DNA from: an uncultured bacterium
GTDB taxonomy: Bacteria > Ratteibacteria > UBA8468 > B48-G9 > DTJG01
Direction of reading: 5' to 3'
NCBI GenBank assembly: GCA_964532995.1
Contig: CAZHJN010000001.1
Coordinates: 23,173 to 87,172, forward strand
Length of the DNA stretch: 64,000 nucleotides
Shown here: one piece after another, positions 50,955 through 60,376 of the stretch
How the letters are laid out: every line of letters starts with the position of its first letter
Position numbering within the stretch: the stretch's first letter is position 1
The notes under the pieces: model-generated
Databases searched by the model: none
Told to the model about the DNA's origin: nothing
What the model saw: the letters and a program-made list of their open reading frames with translations, nothing else
Translations under genes and position numbers: made by a program

Positions 50955-52832
50955 TCACTTATTTCCATCAACCTCTCTATAATCGGCATCAACAACCTTT
51001 TTTTCTCCCTGCTCTTGTTGAGGTTCTGATGTCTGAGATGATGATTGCTGATTCCCTGATTCAGCTGACTGCGCTGTCTGTTTATAGAGAATCTCAGCTA
51101 TCCTGTGAGATATTTTTTCAATCTCCTGCATCAGAGATTGTATTTCAGATTCATTTTTTGAATCAATGGCTTTTCGTAAAGATGAGATTTTTTCATTGAG
51201 CATATTTTTTTCTTCAGCAGGAATCTTATCTCCATGTTCCTTTAATGTTTTTTCAGCGCTGTAAGCAAGCCCATCGGCACGATTACACAAATCCACAAGC
51301 TCTTTTTGCTTTCTGTCCTGTTCAGCAAACTGTTCGGATTCTTTGACCATTCTGTCTATTTCTTCCTTTGTCAGTTTCTTTGAAGCCGTAATCCTTATTG
51401 ACTGTTGCTTTGATGTTGCAAGGTCTTTTGCAGTTACAGAAAGGATACCATTTGAATCGATATCAAAAGTAACCTCAATCTGAGGAACACCTCTTGGTGC
51501 AGGTGGAATACCATCCAGATGAAATCTGCCGAGACTTGTATTATTCGCAGCCATCGGTCTTTCTCCCTGCAATACATGAACTTCTACAGATGTCTGGTTG
51601 TCCGCAGCAGTGGTAAAAATCTGACTTTTCTTTGTGGGAATTGTGGTATTCCTCTCGATTATTTTAGTAAACACTCCACCGAGGGTTTCAACCCCGAGAG
51701 AAAGAGGCGTTACATCCAGCAAAAGAATATCCTTATCCTTAACTTCACCTGCAAGTACTGCACCCTGAATAGCAGCACCAGTGGCAACGCATTCCATCGG
51801 ATCCACACCTCTTTCCGGTTTTTTACCCATGAAATCCTCGATAAATTTCTGTACCACCGGCATTCTTGTAGGTCCTCCAACAAGAATAATCTTGTCGATC
51901 TGCGCCGGTGTAAGTTTTGCATCCTGAAGTGCCTGTTCCATCGGACCGCGACACCTCTCTATCCTGCCTCTCACCAGTTCTTCAAGTTGAGATCTTCTGA
52001 TCTTCATTGAAAGATGCTGTGGCCCTTTTTCATTAGCGGTTATAAAAGGCAGATTGATTTCAGTTTCAAGGGTTGAAGAAAGTTCTATTTTCGCTTTCTC
52101 CGCTGCTTCCTTGATTCTCTGCATTGCCATTCTGTCATTTGTTAGATCTATCCCGGTTTGTATCTTGAAATCTTTTACAATAAAATCAACAAGATCCTGA
52201 TCCATATCAGTACCACCGAGCTGAGTATCTCCACTTGTGGAAAGGACCTTAAAAACACCACCACCCATCATTTCCATAATTGTTACATCAAGGGTTCCAG
52301 CACCAAAGTCAAAAAGCATAATCTTGAGTTCCTGATTGAGTTTATCAAGACCATACGCAAATGCTGCGGCGGTTGGTTCGTTAATCAACCTGACAACTTC
52401 CAGTCCAGCTATTGTGCCTGCATCTTTTGTTGCCTGTCTCTGGTTGTCATTAAAATATGCCGGCACGGTTATCACAGCCTTTGTAATCGGACACCCGAGA
52501 AAACTTTCAGCATCTTTCTTTATTTTTTGCAGAATAAATGCTGATATCTGCTGCGGTGTGTAAGTTTTTCCGTCTATTGTATATTTGAAATCAGTACCCA
52601 TCTTTCTTTTCGCCGCAAAGATTGTACGTTCTGGATTCACTGCTGCCTGCCGTCTGGCCGGTTCTCCAACAAGAATCTGCCCATCCTTTGTAAAGGCAAC
52701 ATATGATGGAAAAGCTTTTCCGCCAACAATTGTTGTACCTTCTGCGCTTGGAATAACAACAATTTTACCCGCCTCCATTATTGCGGCTGCTGAATTACTT
52801 GTTCCAAGGTCTATTCCTATGATTTTTTCCAT
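50955..52832 (-). CDS. dnaK: Molecular chaperone DnaK (Hsp70)
   Basis: [17 protein letters not shown]...DLGGGTFD-type motifs. The product is 625 aa. AGGAGAGAA precedes the ATG. Confidence 0.96.
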   Translation of the reverse strand: MEKIIGIDLGTSNSAAAIMEAGKIVVIPSAEGTTIVGGKAFPSYVAFTKDGQILVGEPARRQAAVNPERTIFAAKRKMGTDFKYTIDGKTYTPQQISAFILQKIKKDAESFLGCPITKAVITVPAYFNDNQRQATKDAGTIAGLEVVRLINEPTAAAFAYGLDKLNQELKIMLFDFGAGTLDVTIMEMMGGGVFKVLSTSGDTQLGGTDMDQDLVDFIVKDFKIQTGIDLTNDRMAMQRIKEAAEKAKIELSSTLETEINLPFITANEKGPQHLSMKIRRSQLEELVRGRIERCRGPMEQALQDAKLTPAQIDKIILVGGPTRMPVVQKFIEDFMGKKPERGVDPMECVATGAAIQGAVLAGEVKDKDILLLDVTPLSLGVETLGGVFTKIIERNTTIPTKKSQIFTTAADNQTSVEVHVLQGERPMAANNTSLGRFHLDGIPPAPRGVPQIEVTFDIDSNGILSVTAKDLATSKQQSIRITASKKLTKEEIDRMVKESEQFAEQDRKQKELVDLCNRADGLAYSAEKTLKEHGDKIPAEEKNMLNEKISSLRKAIDSKNESEIQSLMQEIEKISHRIAEILYKQTAQSAESGNQQSSSQTSEPQQEQGEKKVVDADYREVDGNK

Positions 52833-52947
52833 TTTTCTCTCCTGTTCCTTGTTTTTTAATTTAGATGTGAGGTCAAAAATAAAAGTTTCATTTATCAGGA
52901 TGCTGTAAAATCCTCCTGTTTGATTATCGCAAAGAATGAAAAATAAT

Positions 52948-53021
52948 TAGGCGGTGAGGGAATCGAACCCACGACCTCTTCCTTGTAAGGGAAGCGCTCT
53001 TGCCGACTGAGCTAACCGCCT
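52948..53021 (-). tRNA. tRNA-Val (anticodon TAC)
   Basis: Hand-folded: acceptor AGGCGGT/ACCGCCT (A1-U72), D-stem GCTC/GAGC, anticodon loop CTTACAA, T-loop TTCGATT with one T-stem mismatch. Confidence 0.75.
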
Positions 53022-53058
53022 GCTGGATGCCAATTATTTTACACCCATATAGTAAAAC

Positions 53059-53087
53059 TTGACAAATATATTAATTTACTGTATAAA
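53059..53087 (+). promoter_or_regulatory. Near-consensus sigma70 promoter for the corrinoid-protein gene
   Basis: TTGACA, a 17-nt spacer, then TATAAA. AAGGAGG sits 4 nt before the ATG at 53135. Confidence 0.6.
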
Positions 53088-53134
53088 TTTTTGTACAAAA
53101 AAAATTTCCATTTTTCTCAAATTAAGGAGGCAGC

Positions 53135-53764
53135 ATGTTGAATGAGATAGCGCAGGCTATTATCAGGGGAGACGCAAAGAAGGCGACTGAACTGGTTACA
53201 AAAGCCCTTGCTGAAAACATCGGAGTTGAAAAAATTTTGAATGAAGGACTTATTGCTGGAATGAATGTGGTGGGAACAAAGTTCAAAAATAATGAGTTCT
53301 ATGTTCCTGAGGTTCTGATAGCAGCAAGAGCAATGAATCAGGCTATGACAATTCTCCAGCCAGAAATAGCAAAGGCAGGAATTAAAGCCCAGGCAAAAGT
53401 CGCAATAGGAACAGTAAAAGGCGACCTTCATGATATAGGTAAAAACCTTGTATCAATGATGTGGAAAGGTGCCGGATTTGAGGTTATGGATCTTGGTATT
53501 GATGTACCCGAAGAAAAATTTGTTGAAGCAGCAAAAAATGGTGCTCAGTTAATAGGACTTTCTGCTCTTTTAACAACCACAATGCCCGCCATGAAGGATG
53601 TTATTGAAAAATTGAAAACTGAAGGTGTCAAGGATAAGGTAAAGGTAATTATTGGTGGAGCTCCGGTTACTCAGGCATATGCAGATGAAATAGGAGCAGA
53701 TGGCTATGCGCCTGATGCCGGTTCTGCCGTTGACAAAGCTAAGGAACTTCTCGGTATTAAATAA
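53135..53764 (+). CDS. Cobalamin-binding corrinoid protein (methyltransferase-cognate MtbC/MtmC-like, B12-binding_2 cap plus Rossmann B12 domain)
   Basis: The DxHxxG motif (GDLHDIGKN) and GGAPVTQAYADEIGADGYAPDAGSAV. The size, 209 aa, is typical of corrinoid proteins. Confidence 0.8.
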   Translation: MLNEIAQAIIRGDAKKATELVTKALAENIGVEKILNEGLIAGMNVVGTKFKNNEFYVPEVLIAARAMNQAMTILQPEIAKAGIKAQAKVAIGTVKGDLHDIGKNLVSMMWKGAGFEVMDLGIDVPEEKFVEAAKNGAQLIGLSALLTTTMPAMKDVIEKLKTEGVKDKVKVIIGGAPVTQAYADEIGADGYAPDAGSAVDKAKELLGIK

Positions 53765-53784
53765 CGTTTGCGGGCATATGAGCC

Positions 53785-54396
53785 GTGTCCTTGTTCTCGA
53801 TTCTATGCTGGATCGTGTTCGGGTATTTATCCGGTAGTCTTGTATGGGGCTACTGGATAGGTAAGCATTTCTACGGTGTCGACCTGAGAACAAAAGGAAG
53901 CGGCAATATTGGAGCAACCAATGTATTCCGGGTACTGGGCCCAGTACCCGGAATTTTTACTTTCGTTCTGGATGTTTCAAAAGGTGCCTTACCTATTTTC
54001 ATGATGAAATACTTCCAGCAACAAAATTCAAATCAGGTAATCCTGCTTTCAGTGGGTCTTGCCGCGATACTTGGAAGCAAATTTTCAATTTTTCTCAAAG
54101 GCAAAGGAGGAAAAGCTGTAAATTGCAGTTTCGGTGTGATCCTTGCGATAATACCAGCAGAAGCAATTATTTCTTTCCTTGCATGGATTTTAATTTTTGT
54201 TGCCACCGGATACGTTTCACTCGCATCAATGACAGCTGCGATTGTATTACCTGTAATGCTGTGGTTTTTACATAAAAACATAACGCTTATAATTGCAGGA
54301 ACCATAATAAGTCTTTTGATAATCGCTACCCACAGAGAAAATATTAAAAGACTTCTGGCGGGAAACGAGAATAGATTTCTTTTATGGAAAAAATAG
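53785..54396 (+). CDS. plsY: Glycerol-3-phosphate acyltransferase PlsY
   Basis: GYLSGSLVWGYWIGK...RTKGSGNIGATNVFRVLG. Confidence 0.92.
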   Translation: MSLFSILCWIVFGYLSGSLVWGYWIGKHFYGVDLRTKGSGNIGATNVFRVLGPVPGIFTFVLDVSKGALPIFMMKYFQQQNSNQVILLSVGLAAILGSKFSIFLKGKGGKAVNCSFGVILAIIPAEAIISFLAWILIFVATGYVSLASMTAAIVLPVMLWFLHKNITLIIAGTIISLLIIATHRENIKRLLAGNENRFLLWKK

Positions 54397-55364
54397 GAAT
54401 AATCGGTGCAGGCGGATGGGGTACAGCCCTTTCAATACTGCTTTCTGAAAAATATCAGATTATCCTCTGGGAAAAATTCCCGGAATATGCTGAAATTCTC
54501 CACAGAACAAGAGAAAACCGCGATTTCCTTCCAGACTTCACAATTCCTGAAAAAATATTTATCACCAGTGATATCCAAACTGTTAGTTCAGGTTCAGAAA
54601 TACTGATAATTGTAGTTCCATCAAAATATTTCAGAAATACGGTAAAATATCTTAAACCGCATTATCGCAAACAGAATGTACTTATCGCAACAAAAGGACT
54701 TGAACCTGAAACAGGAATGAGGATGTCAGAAATATTGGATAGTGAAATCCCGGAGTGTTGTTCAGCAGTTATTTCAGGACCCACAATTGCATCTGAAGTT
54801 GCCGCCGGCAAACCAACTGCCGCAGTCATCGCTTCTCATGATATAGAACTAGCCAGAAAATTTCAAAGCATGTTTTCTTCAAAAACAATGAGGCTTTATA
54901 CGACTGACGACGTTTGTGGAGTTGAAATATGCGGTGGGTACAAAAATGTCATTGCAATAGGTTCAGGAATTATTGACGAGCTCAACCTGGGAGACAACGC
55001 AAAGGCTTCTTATCTTACCAGAAGCATTGAGGAAATGAAAAACTTCGGGAAACTTTTCGGTGCAAGAGAAAAAACATTCTGGGGTCTTGCAGGCATTGGA
55101 GATTTAATAACAACATCATTCAGTCCGAGCAGCAGAAATCATCGCTTCGGACAGGCGGTTGCCAGAAAAAAGAAACAGGAATTTCTTTCCAGTACAAAAA
55201 TGATTGTTGAAGGTATATCTGCCTCCAAAGCTATCATGAAAATTTCTCAAGCAAATAATGTTGAAACCCCGATTGCTTCTGCGATTTACAGAATAGTTAA
55301 TGAAGACGCTGAACCAGCTGCTGAACTCGAGAAACTCATGACAAGGCGATTAAAAGATGAATGA
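54384..55364 (+). CDS. gpsA: NAD(P)H-dependent glycerol-3-phosphate dehydrogenase
   Basis: MEKIGIIGAGGWGTALSILLSEK is the typical GpsA start. Confidence 0.92.
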   Translation: MEKIGIIGAGGWGTALSILLSEKYQIILWEKFPEYAEILHRTRENRDFLPDFTIPEKIFITSDIQTVSSGSEILIIVVPSKYFRNTVKYLKPHYRKQNVLIATKGLEPETGMRMSEILDSEIPECCSAVISGPTIASEVAAGKPTAAVIASHDIELARKFQSMFSSKTMRLYTTDDVCGVEICGGYKNVIAIGSGIIDELNLGDNAKASYLTRSIEEMKNFGKLFGAREKTFWGLAGIGDLITTSFSPSSRNHRFGQAVARKKKQEFLSSTKMIVEGISASKAIMKISQANNVETPIASAIYRIVNEDAEPAAELEKLMTRRLKDE

Positions 55365-55683
55365 TGGTTTTCGCTATTATAGCATAAAAGAAGTCTCTGA
55401 AATCACAGGGGTTGCTCCTCATGTGCTGAGATACTGGGAAACTCAATTTTCTTTCCTGAAAATTCAACGCGACCCTTCAGGAAGAAGGATATATTCTGAT
55501 AGAGATATTGAGAAAATAAAACATGTAAAAAAACTCCTCTATTATGAAGGGTACAGAAAAGAAGGAGTCAAAAAGAAATTTCGTGAAATTTACAGCAATG
55601 ATAAAAAAAATAAAAAGGTTTCTGCTGAATTGCTGAAAAAAATCCTCAAATTTGCAAAGGAGATCGAAAAATGCTTACAATAG
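55357..55683 (+). CDS. MerR-family HTH transcriptional regulator (small, Lys-rich C-terminus)
   Basis: YSIKEVSEITGVAPHVLRYWETQFSFL is the MerR HTH. It overlaps the gpsA stop and the purN start. Confidence 0.75.
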   Translation: MNDGFRYYSIKEVSEITGVAPHVLRYWETQFSFLKIQRDPSGRRIYSDRDIEKIKHVKKLLYYEGYRKEGVKKKFREIYSNDKKNKKVSAELLKKILKFAKEIEKCLQ

Positions 55684-56285
55684 GAGTTCTTGCATCCGGA
55701 AAAGGAAGTAATCTTCATGCAATTATTGAACATATAAAATCAGGTTATCTGAAGGTTAACATCGGCGTTGTTATCAGTGATAATCCGCACGCATTTGCTC
55801 TTGAGATTGCCCGGTCCAATGGAATTTGTGCAGAATATATTGAACCCGGAAGATACAGAACATTTCTGGAATCAGAAAAAGAAGAAAAATATGTAAGAAC
55901 TCTCAGAGAACACGGTGTGGAACTTGTCTGTCTTGCCGGATTTATGAGAGTAATAAAAAAGGCCTTTTTTGATAATTACAGGGGGAAAATTATCAACATA
56001 CACCCCTCACTGTTGCCCTCATTCCGCGGACTGGAAGCGTGGAAACAGGCAATTGATTACGGGGTTAAATTTACCGGTTGTACGGTGCATTTTGTTGAAG
56101 AGGATATAGATACAGGACCTGTAATTCTTCAAGCTGTTGTACCTGTACTTGATGATGACACTCCGGAAACCCTTCACCAAAGAATACAGGAAAAAGAGCA
56201 CACAATATATCCTCTTGCCATAAAACTGATTTCAGAACAAAAAATTAGAATTTCAGGAAGGAGGGTTATCATAGATGAAAATTGA
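55671..56285 (+). CDS. purN: Phosphoribosylglycinamide formyltransferase
   Basis: IGVLASGKGSNLHAIIE...NIHPSLLPSFRGLEA. Confidence 0.92.
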   Translation: MLTIGVLASGKGSNLHAIIEHIKSGYLKVNIGVVISDNPHAFALEIARSNGICAEYIEPGRYRTFLESEKEEKYVRTLREHGVELVCLAGFMRVIKKAFFDNYRGKIINIHPSLLPSFRGLEAWKQAIDYGVKFTGCTVHFVEEDIDTGPVILQAVVPVLDDDTPETLHQRIQEKEHTIYPLAIKLISEQKIRISGRRVIIDEN

Positions 56286-56736
56286 TATAAGACCTGCGGT
56301 AATGAACGATGTTTACGAAATAAAAAATCTCATAAACAAGCAGGCACAAAAAGGCAGGATGTTACCCGTTTCAATAAACCAGGTTTTCGAAAATCTGAGA
56401 AATTTCTGGGTGATCTGCGATTCGAATGGAAAAATCATCGGCTGTGGTGCATTGAAAATCGTATGGAAAAATCTGGGTGAAATTCGATCTGTTGCAATAA
56501 AAAATAAAAAACAGAGAAAAGGGCTTGGTACAGAACTTGTTGAAAAACTGATCCTGGAGGCAAAAAAATTAGGGATCAAAAAGATGTTCGTGCTCACATA
56601 TGTTCCTGAATTTTTCGAGAAGTTCGGGTTTATCAAAGTTGAGAAAACGAAATTACCTCATAAGATATGGTTTGACTGTATAAATTGCCCGAAATTTCCC
56701 AGATGTGATGAAACACCTATGATCAAAAACCTATGA
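56275..56736 (+). CDS. GNAT-family N-acetyltransferase (possibly a short N-acetylglutamate synthase)
   Basis: The acetyl-CoA-binding segment is RSVAIKNKKQRKGLGTELV. It sits next to argG. Confidence 0.5.
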   Translation: MKIDIRPAVMNDVYEIKNLINKQAQKGRMLPVSINQVFENLRNFWVICDSNGKIIGCGALKIVWKNLGEIRSVAIKNKKQRKGLGTELVEKLILEAKKLGIKKMFVLTYVPEFFEKFGFIKVEKTKLPHKIWFDCINCPKFPRCDETPMIKNL

Positions 56737-57824
56737 AGAAAATTTTCGTTCTTTTTCTTTTTTTACTTACGGTTCGGCTTCACGCTGAAATAGACGTGCC
56801 AGCCGACTTCGGCCTTGAGGATTTCCTGACAGGTAAAGAACTCAAGATGAAACATAATTTCAAAAATAATATCCTTGCTGTCGGAAATAAATTAAAATTC
56901 ACAGGAACTTCATTTGAAGACGTGGTGTTATTCGGGATGAATATTGATTTCAATGGCTATTCCAGAAAAGATGTCTATATTGCGGGTGATACAGTGGCAG
57001 TGTCAGGGAATATAAAAGGCAATTTGAGAATCATAGCAAGAAACCTGCAAATGGACAATCTGGTGGTGGAAGGTAATTTGAATATTCTATCTCCTGAAAT
57101 ATTAATCTCTGATAGTGTCAGAACAAATAAAACAACAAAAATCTGGTCAAGAAACATCCAGATGGGAGGCACACACAATATTTTGTATATTAAAACAAGA
57201 CACATAGTATTTACCAAAAATATTGACATAAATAGTAAACTTGTTGTCCAGAGTAAAGAAAAACCAGCTATCCCTTTAAATGTTCTTGACCGTTGTGATT
57301 TCAGTTATATATCTCCTGCTCCTTTTGGACATGGTCTTCTTTCATCAAAATTCATCAAACTATATTCATTCCTGAGCCTCTGTTTCCCTTTTATTCTGAT
57401 GATTGTGTTTACACCGAGAATTCTTCAGGAAACAATTGAAATTATAGAAAAAAAGCCTGTATGGATTTTTTTTACAGGACTGCTGTTGCTCATAGTCGTA
57501 CCCATAATTCTTATTTTCCTGATGATCACCGTGATCGGAGCTCCTCTCGGCTTGATCTTTCTGACTTTTTATCTTTCTCTTTTATATCTTTGCCGCGGAT
57601 TTACATGCATTGTTCTCGGTAAATTAATACTCTGGAAACTTAAAGAAGGAAGGATTAAAATAATTCTGGGTATCTTTGTCGGTACAGGAATATTCGTACT
57701 CCTGACAGCAATACCAAAAGTTGGATATTTTGTTCAGGCTTTTTTCATAATAACAGGTTTTGGTGGACTTGCCGTTGGAAGAATCAGAATGTTTTTAAAA
57801 ATGAGAAAAGAAAATCTTATATAA
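56733..57824 (+). CDS. Signal-peptide protein with bactofilin/DUF342-like beta-helix repeats and 4 C-terminal TM helices
   Basis: A signal peptide is followed by repetitive GN-rich beta-strand motifs (VAVSGNIKGNLRIIARNLQMDNLVVEGNLNIL) and then hydrophobic helices. Confidence 0.45.
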   Translation: MKKIFVLFLFLLTVRLHAEIDVPADFGLEDFLTGKELKMKHNFKNNILAVGNKLKFTGTSFEDVVLFGMNIDFNGYSRKDVYIAGDTVAVSGNIKGNLRIIARNLQMDNLVVEGNLNILSPEILISDSVRTNKTTKIWSRNIQMGGTHNILYIKTRHIVFTKNIDINSKLVVQSKEKPAIPLNVLDRCDFSYISPAPFGHGLLSSKFIKLYSFLSLCFPFILMIVFTPRILQETIEIIEKKPVWIFFTGLLLLIVVPIILIFLMITVIGAPLGLIFLTFYLSLLYLCRGFTCIVLGKLILWKLKEGRIKIILGIFVGTGIFVLLTAIPKVGYFVQAFFIITGFGGLAVGRIRMFLKMRKENLI

Positions 57825-57833
57825 GGAGGAAAA

Positions 57834-59039
57834 ATGTCACGAATCTCAAAAATTGTTGTTGCATACTCAGGTGGACTTGACACATCTGTAATTATAAAGT
57901 GGCTTCAGACAAAATATGATGCAGAAATAATTGCTTTCACGGCTGATGTGGGACAGAGGGAAAATCCTTCTGTCCTTGAAAAAAAAGCCATTGCTACCGG
58001 TGCAAAAAAATTTTATTTCAGAGATTTGAAAAAAGAATTCATCAATGAATACATCTTCCCTTCTCTTAAGGGTTGCGCCCTCTACGAAGGCAAATACCCT
58101 CTTGCCACTGCGCTCTCAAGGCCACTTATTGCAAAAAACATGGTTGATGTTGCAAAAAAAGAAAAAGCCGATGCGGTTGCTCATGGTTGCACCGGAAAAG
58201 GTAATGACCAGGTAAGATTTGAGCTTGCTTTCAAAAGCCTCGCACCAGAACTTAAAATTATCGCTCCGGTGAGGGAATGGGAATTTAAGTCAAGGGAAGA
58301 AGAAATAGTCTATGCAAAGAAACACAAAATTCCTGTTGATGTTACAAAAAAAAGGCCATATAGCATTGATTGGAATTTATGGGGAATTTCAATAGAATGT
58401 GGATCACTGGAGGATCCGTGGCAGGAACCCCCTGAAGATGCTTATCAGATAACCCGTTCACCATTAAAAACACCTTCAGTGCCTGAATATCTGGACATAG
58501 AATTCCATGGAGGCACTCCTGTGAGATTGAATGGAAAACAAATGAATGGTATTGAACTTATTAACAGGTTGAATGAAACAGGAGGAAAACACGGTGTTGG
58601 AAGAATTGACATGGTGGAAAATCGTCTTGTGGGAATCAAGTCAAGGGAAATATATGAAGCACCAGCAGCAGTTATTTTACACACAGCGCATGCTGAGCTT
58701 GAAAAACTCATTCTTGAAAGAGAACTTTATCATTTCAAAAGCATAGTAAATCAGAAGTATGCAGAGCTTGTATATTATGGATACTGGTTCAGTGATTTCA
58801 GGCAGTGTCTTGAAAAATTCATAGATGAAACACAGAAAAATATAACGGGTACAGTGAGAGTCAAACTTTACAAAGGTCAGTGTGTTGTAACAGGAAGAAA
58901 ATCCCCTTATTCTCTTTACGAAGAAACTCTTTCAACATATACCTCAAAGGATACATTTGACCACAGAGCGTCAAAAGGTTTCATCGATATTTTCGGATTG
59001 CCTCTTGTTCTGGAAGGAAAAAGAAACAGAAAAAAATAA
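57834..59039 (+). CDS. argG: Argininosuccinate synthase
   Basis: [25 protein letters not shown] precedes the ATG. Confidence 0.95.
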   Translation: MSRISKIVVAYSGGLDTSVIIKWLQTKYDAEIIAFTADVGQRENPSVLEKKAIATGAKKFYFRDLKKEFINEYIFPSLKGCALYEGKYPLATALSRPLIAKNMVDVAKKEKADAVAHGCTGKGNDQVRFELAFKSLAPELKIIAPVREWEFKSREEEIVYAKKHKIPVDVTKKRPYSIDWNLWGISIECGSLEDPWQEPPEDAYQITRSPLKTPSVPEYLDIEFHGGTPVRLNGKQMNGIELINRLNETGGKHGVGRIDMVENRLVGIKSREIYEAPAAVILHTAHAELEKLILERELYHFKSIVNQKYAELVYYGYWFSDFRQCLEKFIDETQKNITGTVRVKLYKGQCVVTGRKSPYSLYEETLSTYTSKDTFDHRASKGFIDIFGLPLVLEGKRNRKK

Positions 59040-59040
59040 A

Positions 59041-59937
59041 ATGGAAGAGAAACAGGTCATTGACTGGCTTAAAGTTCACTGTTTACCAAAGGATGTGCGG
59101 GTAAAAACTGGAATTGGAGATGACAGCGCTGTCGTTGATTATGACAGTAAATCTTATCTTCTGTTCACAAATGATGCAGTCGTTGAAAATGTTCATTTCA
59201 AACTTAAAACTGCCACATTTGAACAGATAGGACGCAAGGCCCTTGCAGTGAATATCAGTGATATAGCGGCAATGGGAGGAATACCAGTATGGGCACTTGT
59301 CTCTCTTGGTTTGCAGGAAAAAAGAGCCAGCGTTTTTAAGGAAATCTACAGAGGGATTCTTGAAATGGCAAACCTGTTTAAAGTTGATATCATCGGCGGT
59401 AATTTATCCAGATCCCACACTTTTTTCGTGGACATATTTCTCGCAGGAATTGTGGAAAAGAAGAATCTGGTCTTGCGAAGCACAGCAAAGCCAGAAGATA
59501 TTCTTTTTGTTACAGGAACACTTGGAGGCGCGCAGAAAGAAAAACAATTCAGATTTCTTCCAAGGGTTAAGGAAGCAAGGGCAATCATTGAGCACACCAA
59601 ACCATCAGCCATGATTGACCTGTCTGATGGACTTGCTTCAGATGCCAGAAAACTTGCTGAAGCATCTGGTTGTGGCTTTGAAATAGAAGTTTCACAGATC
59701 CCCATCTCAATCGATGCCAGCAGGAAAAATAGAATTTCTTCAGCCCTTTATGATGGTGAAGATTATGAGTTGCTTTTCGCTGTTGCTAAAGATTCAGAAA
59801 CTAAAATTCCAGAAAGGATTGGAGATCTTAAGATTACCAAAATAGGAAGATTGACTGAAAGGAAAACATTCCTGTTAAAATATCCAGATGGTAAAAAAAT
59901 CCGTATATCGAAAGAAAAATTCAGACACTTTTCATAG
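59041..59937 (+). CDS. thiL: Thiamine-monophosphate kinase
   Basis: GDDSAVVDY...AVENVHF...ISDIAAMGG. The start was chosen at MEEKQ, right after the argG stop; the ORF track begins 84 nt upstream. Confidence 0.85.
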   Translation: MEEKQVIDWLKVHCLPKDVRVKTGIGDDSAVVDYDSKSYLLFTNDAVVENVHFKLKTATFEQIGRKALAVNISDIAAMGGIPVWALVSLGLQEKRASVFKEIYRGILEMANLFKVDIIGGNLSRSHTFFVDIFLAGIVEKKNLVLRSTAKPEDILFVTGTLGGAQKEKQFRFLPRVKEARAIIEHTKPSAMIDLSDGLASDARKLAEASGCGFEIEVSQIPISIDASRKNRISSALYDGEDYELLFAVAKDSETKIPERIGDLKITKIGRLTERKTFLLKYPDGKKIRISKEKFRHFS

Positions 59938-59947
59938 GACAAATCCA

Positions 59948-60376
59948 TTGTGTCTTGAGACTGATTCCGCAGAATCAACGGAGAAACTGGGAAGAAGACT
60001 TGCGGAATGGTTAAGAAAACATAATATTGGATGTGTGGTGTTTACCGGTCCATTTGGTTCAGGAAAAACTACAATGATTCGTGGCATTATCAAAAATCTA
60101 ACAGGCAGAAATGATGTCAGCAGTCCATCTTTCACAATTGTTAACGAATACAGTGATGGAAAAGTGCCTGTTTACCATTTTGACTTTTATAGAATAAAAA
60201 ATTCTGATGAACTTGAGAGTTTCGGATTCAGAGAATACGCAGATAAAGGATTGCTTCTGATTGAATGGCCGGAAGCTGTATTGAAAAATATGCCAGCAAA
60301 ATCATTGAGAATAAATATTGAATTTTTGGGATTGAACCGTAGAAAAATTACAATCACATTTCCGGAAGAAATATGA
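59948..60376 (+). CDS. tsaE: tRNA threonylcarbamoyladenosine biosynthesis protein TsaE
   Basis: VVFTGPFGSGKTTMIRGI...SPSFTIVNEY...YHFDFYRI. A TTG start at 59948 is inferred; an in-frame ATG lies upstream inside thiL. Confidence 0.8.
   Translation: MCLETDSAESTEKLGRRLAEWLRKHNIGCVVFTGPFGSGKTTMIRGIIKNLTGRNDVSSPSFTIVNEYSDGKVPVYHFDFYRIKNSDELESFGFREYADKGLLLIEWPEAVLKNMPAKSLRINIEFLGLNRRKITITFPEEI

Noticed and set aside
52833-53134. DnaA boxes, or a CIRCE/HrcA operator upstream of dnaK
   Set aside because: No TTATCCACA-like cluster and no TTAGCACTC-N9-GAGTGCTAA inverted repeat were found by eye. Only generic AT-rich promoter-like hexamers are present.
53022-53134. Cobalamin riboswitch ahead of the corrinoid-protein gene
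   Set aside because: The leader is only about 50 nt after the -10 element, which is far too short for a B12 aptamer.
53117-53431. 104-aa minus-strand ORF overlapping the corrinoid gene
   Set aside because: It is antisense to a gene with a strong promoter and RBS, is Cys-rich, and has no start context.
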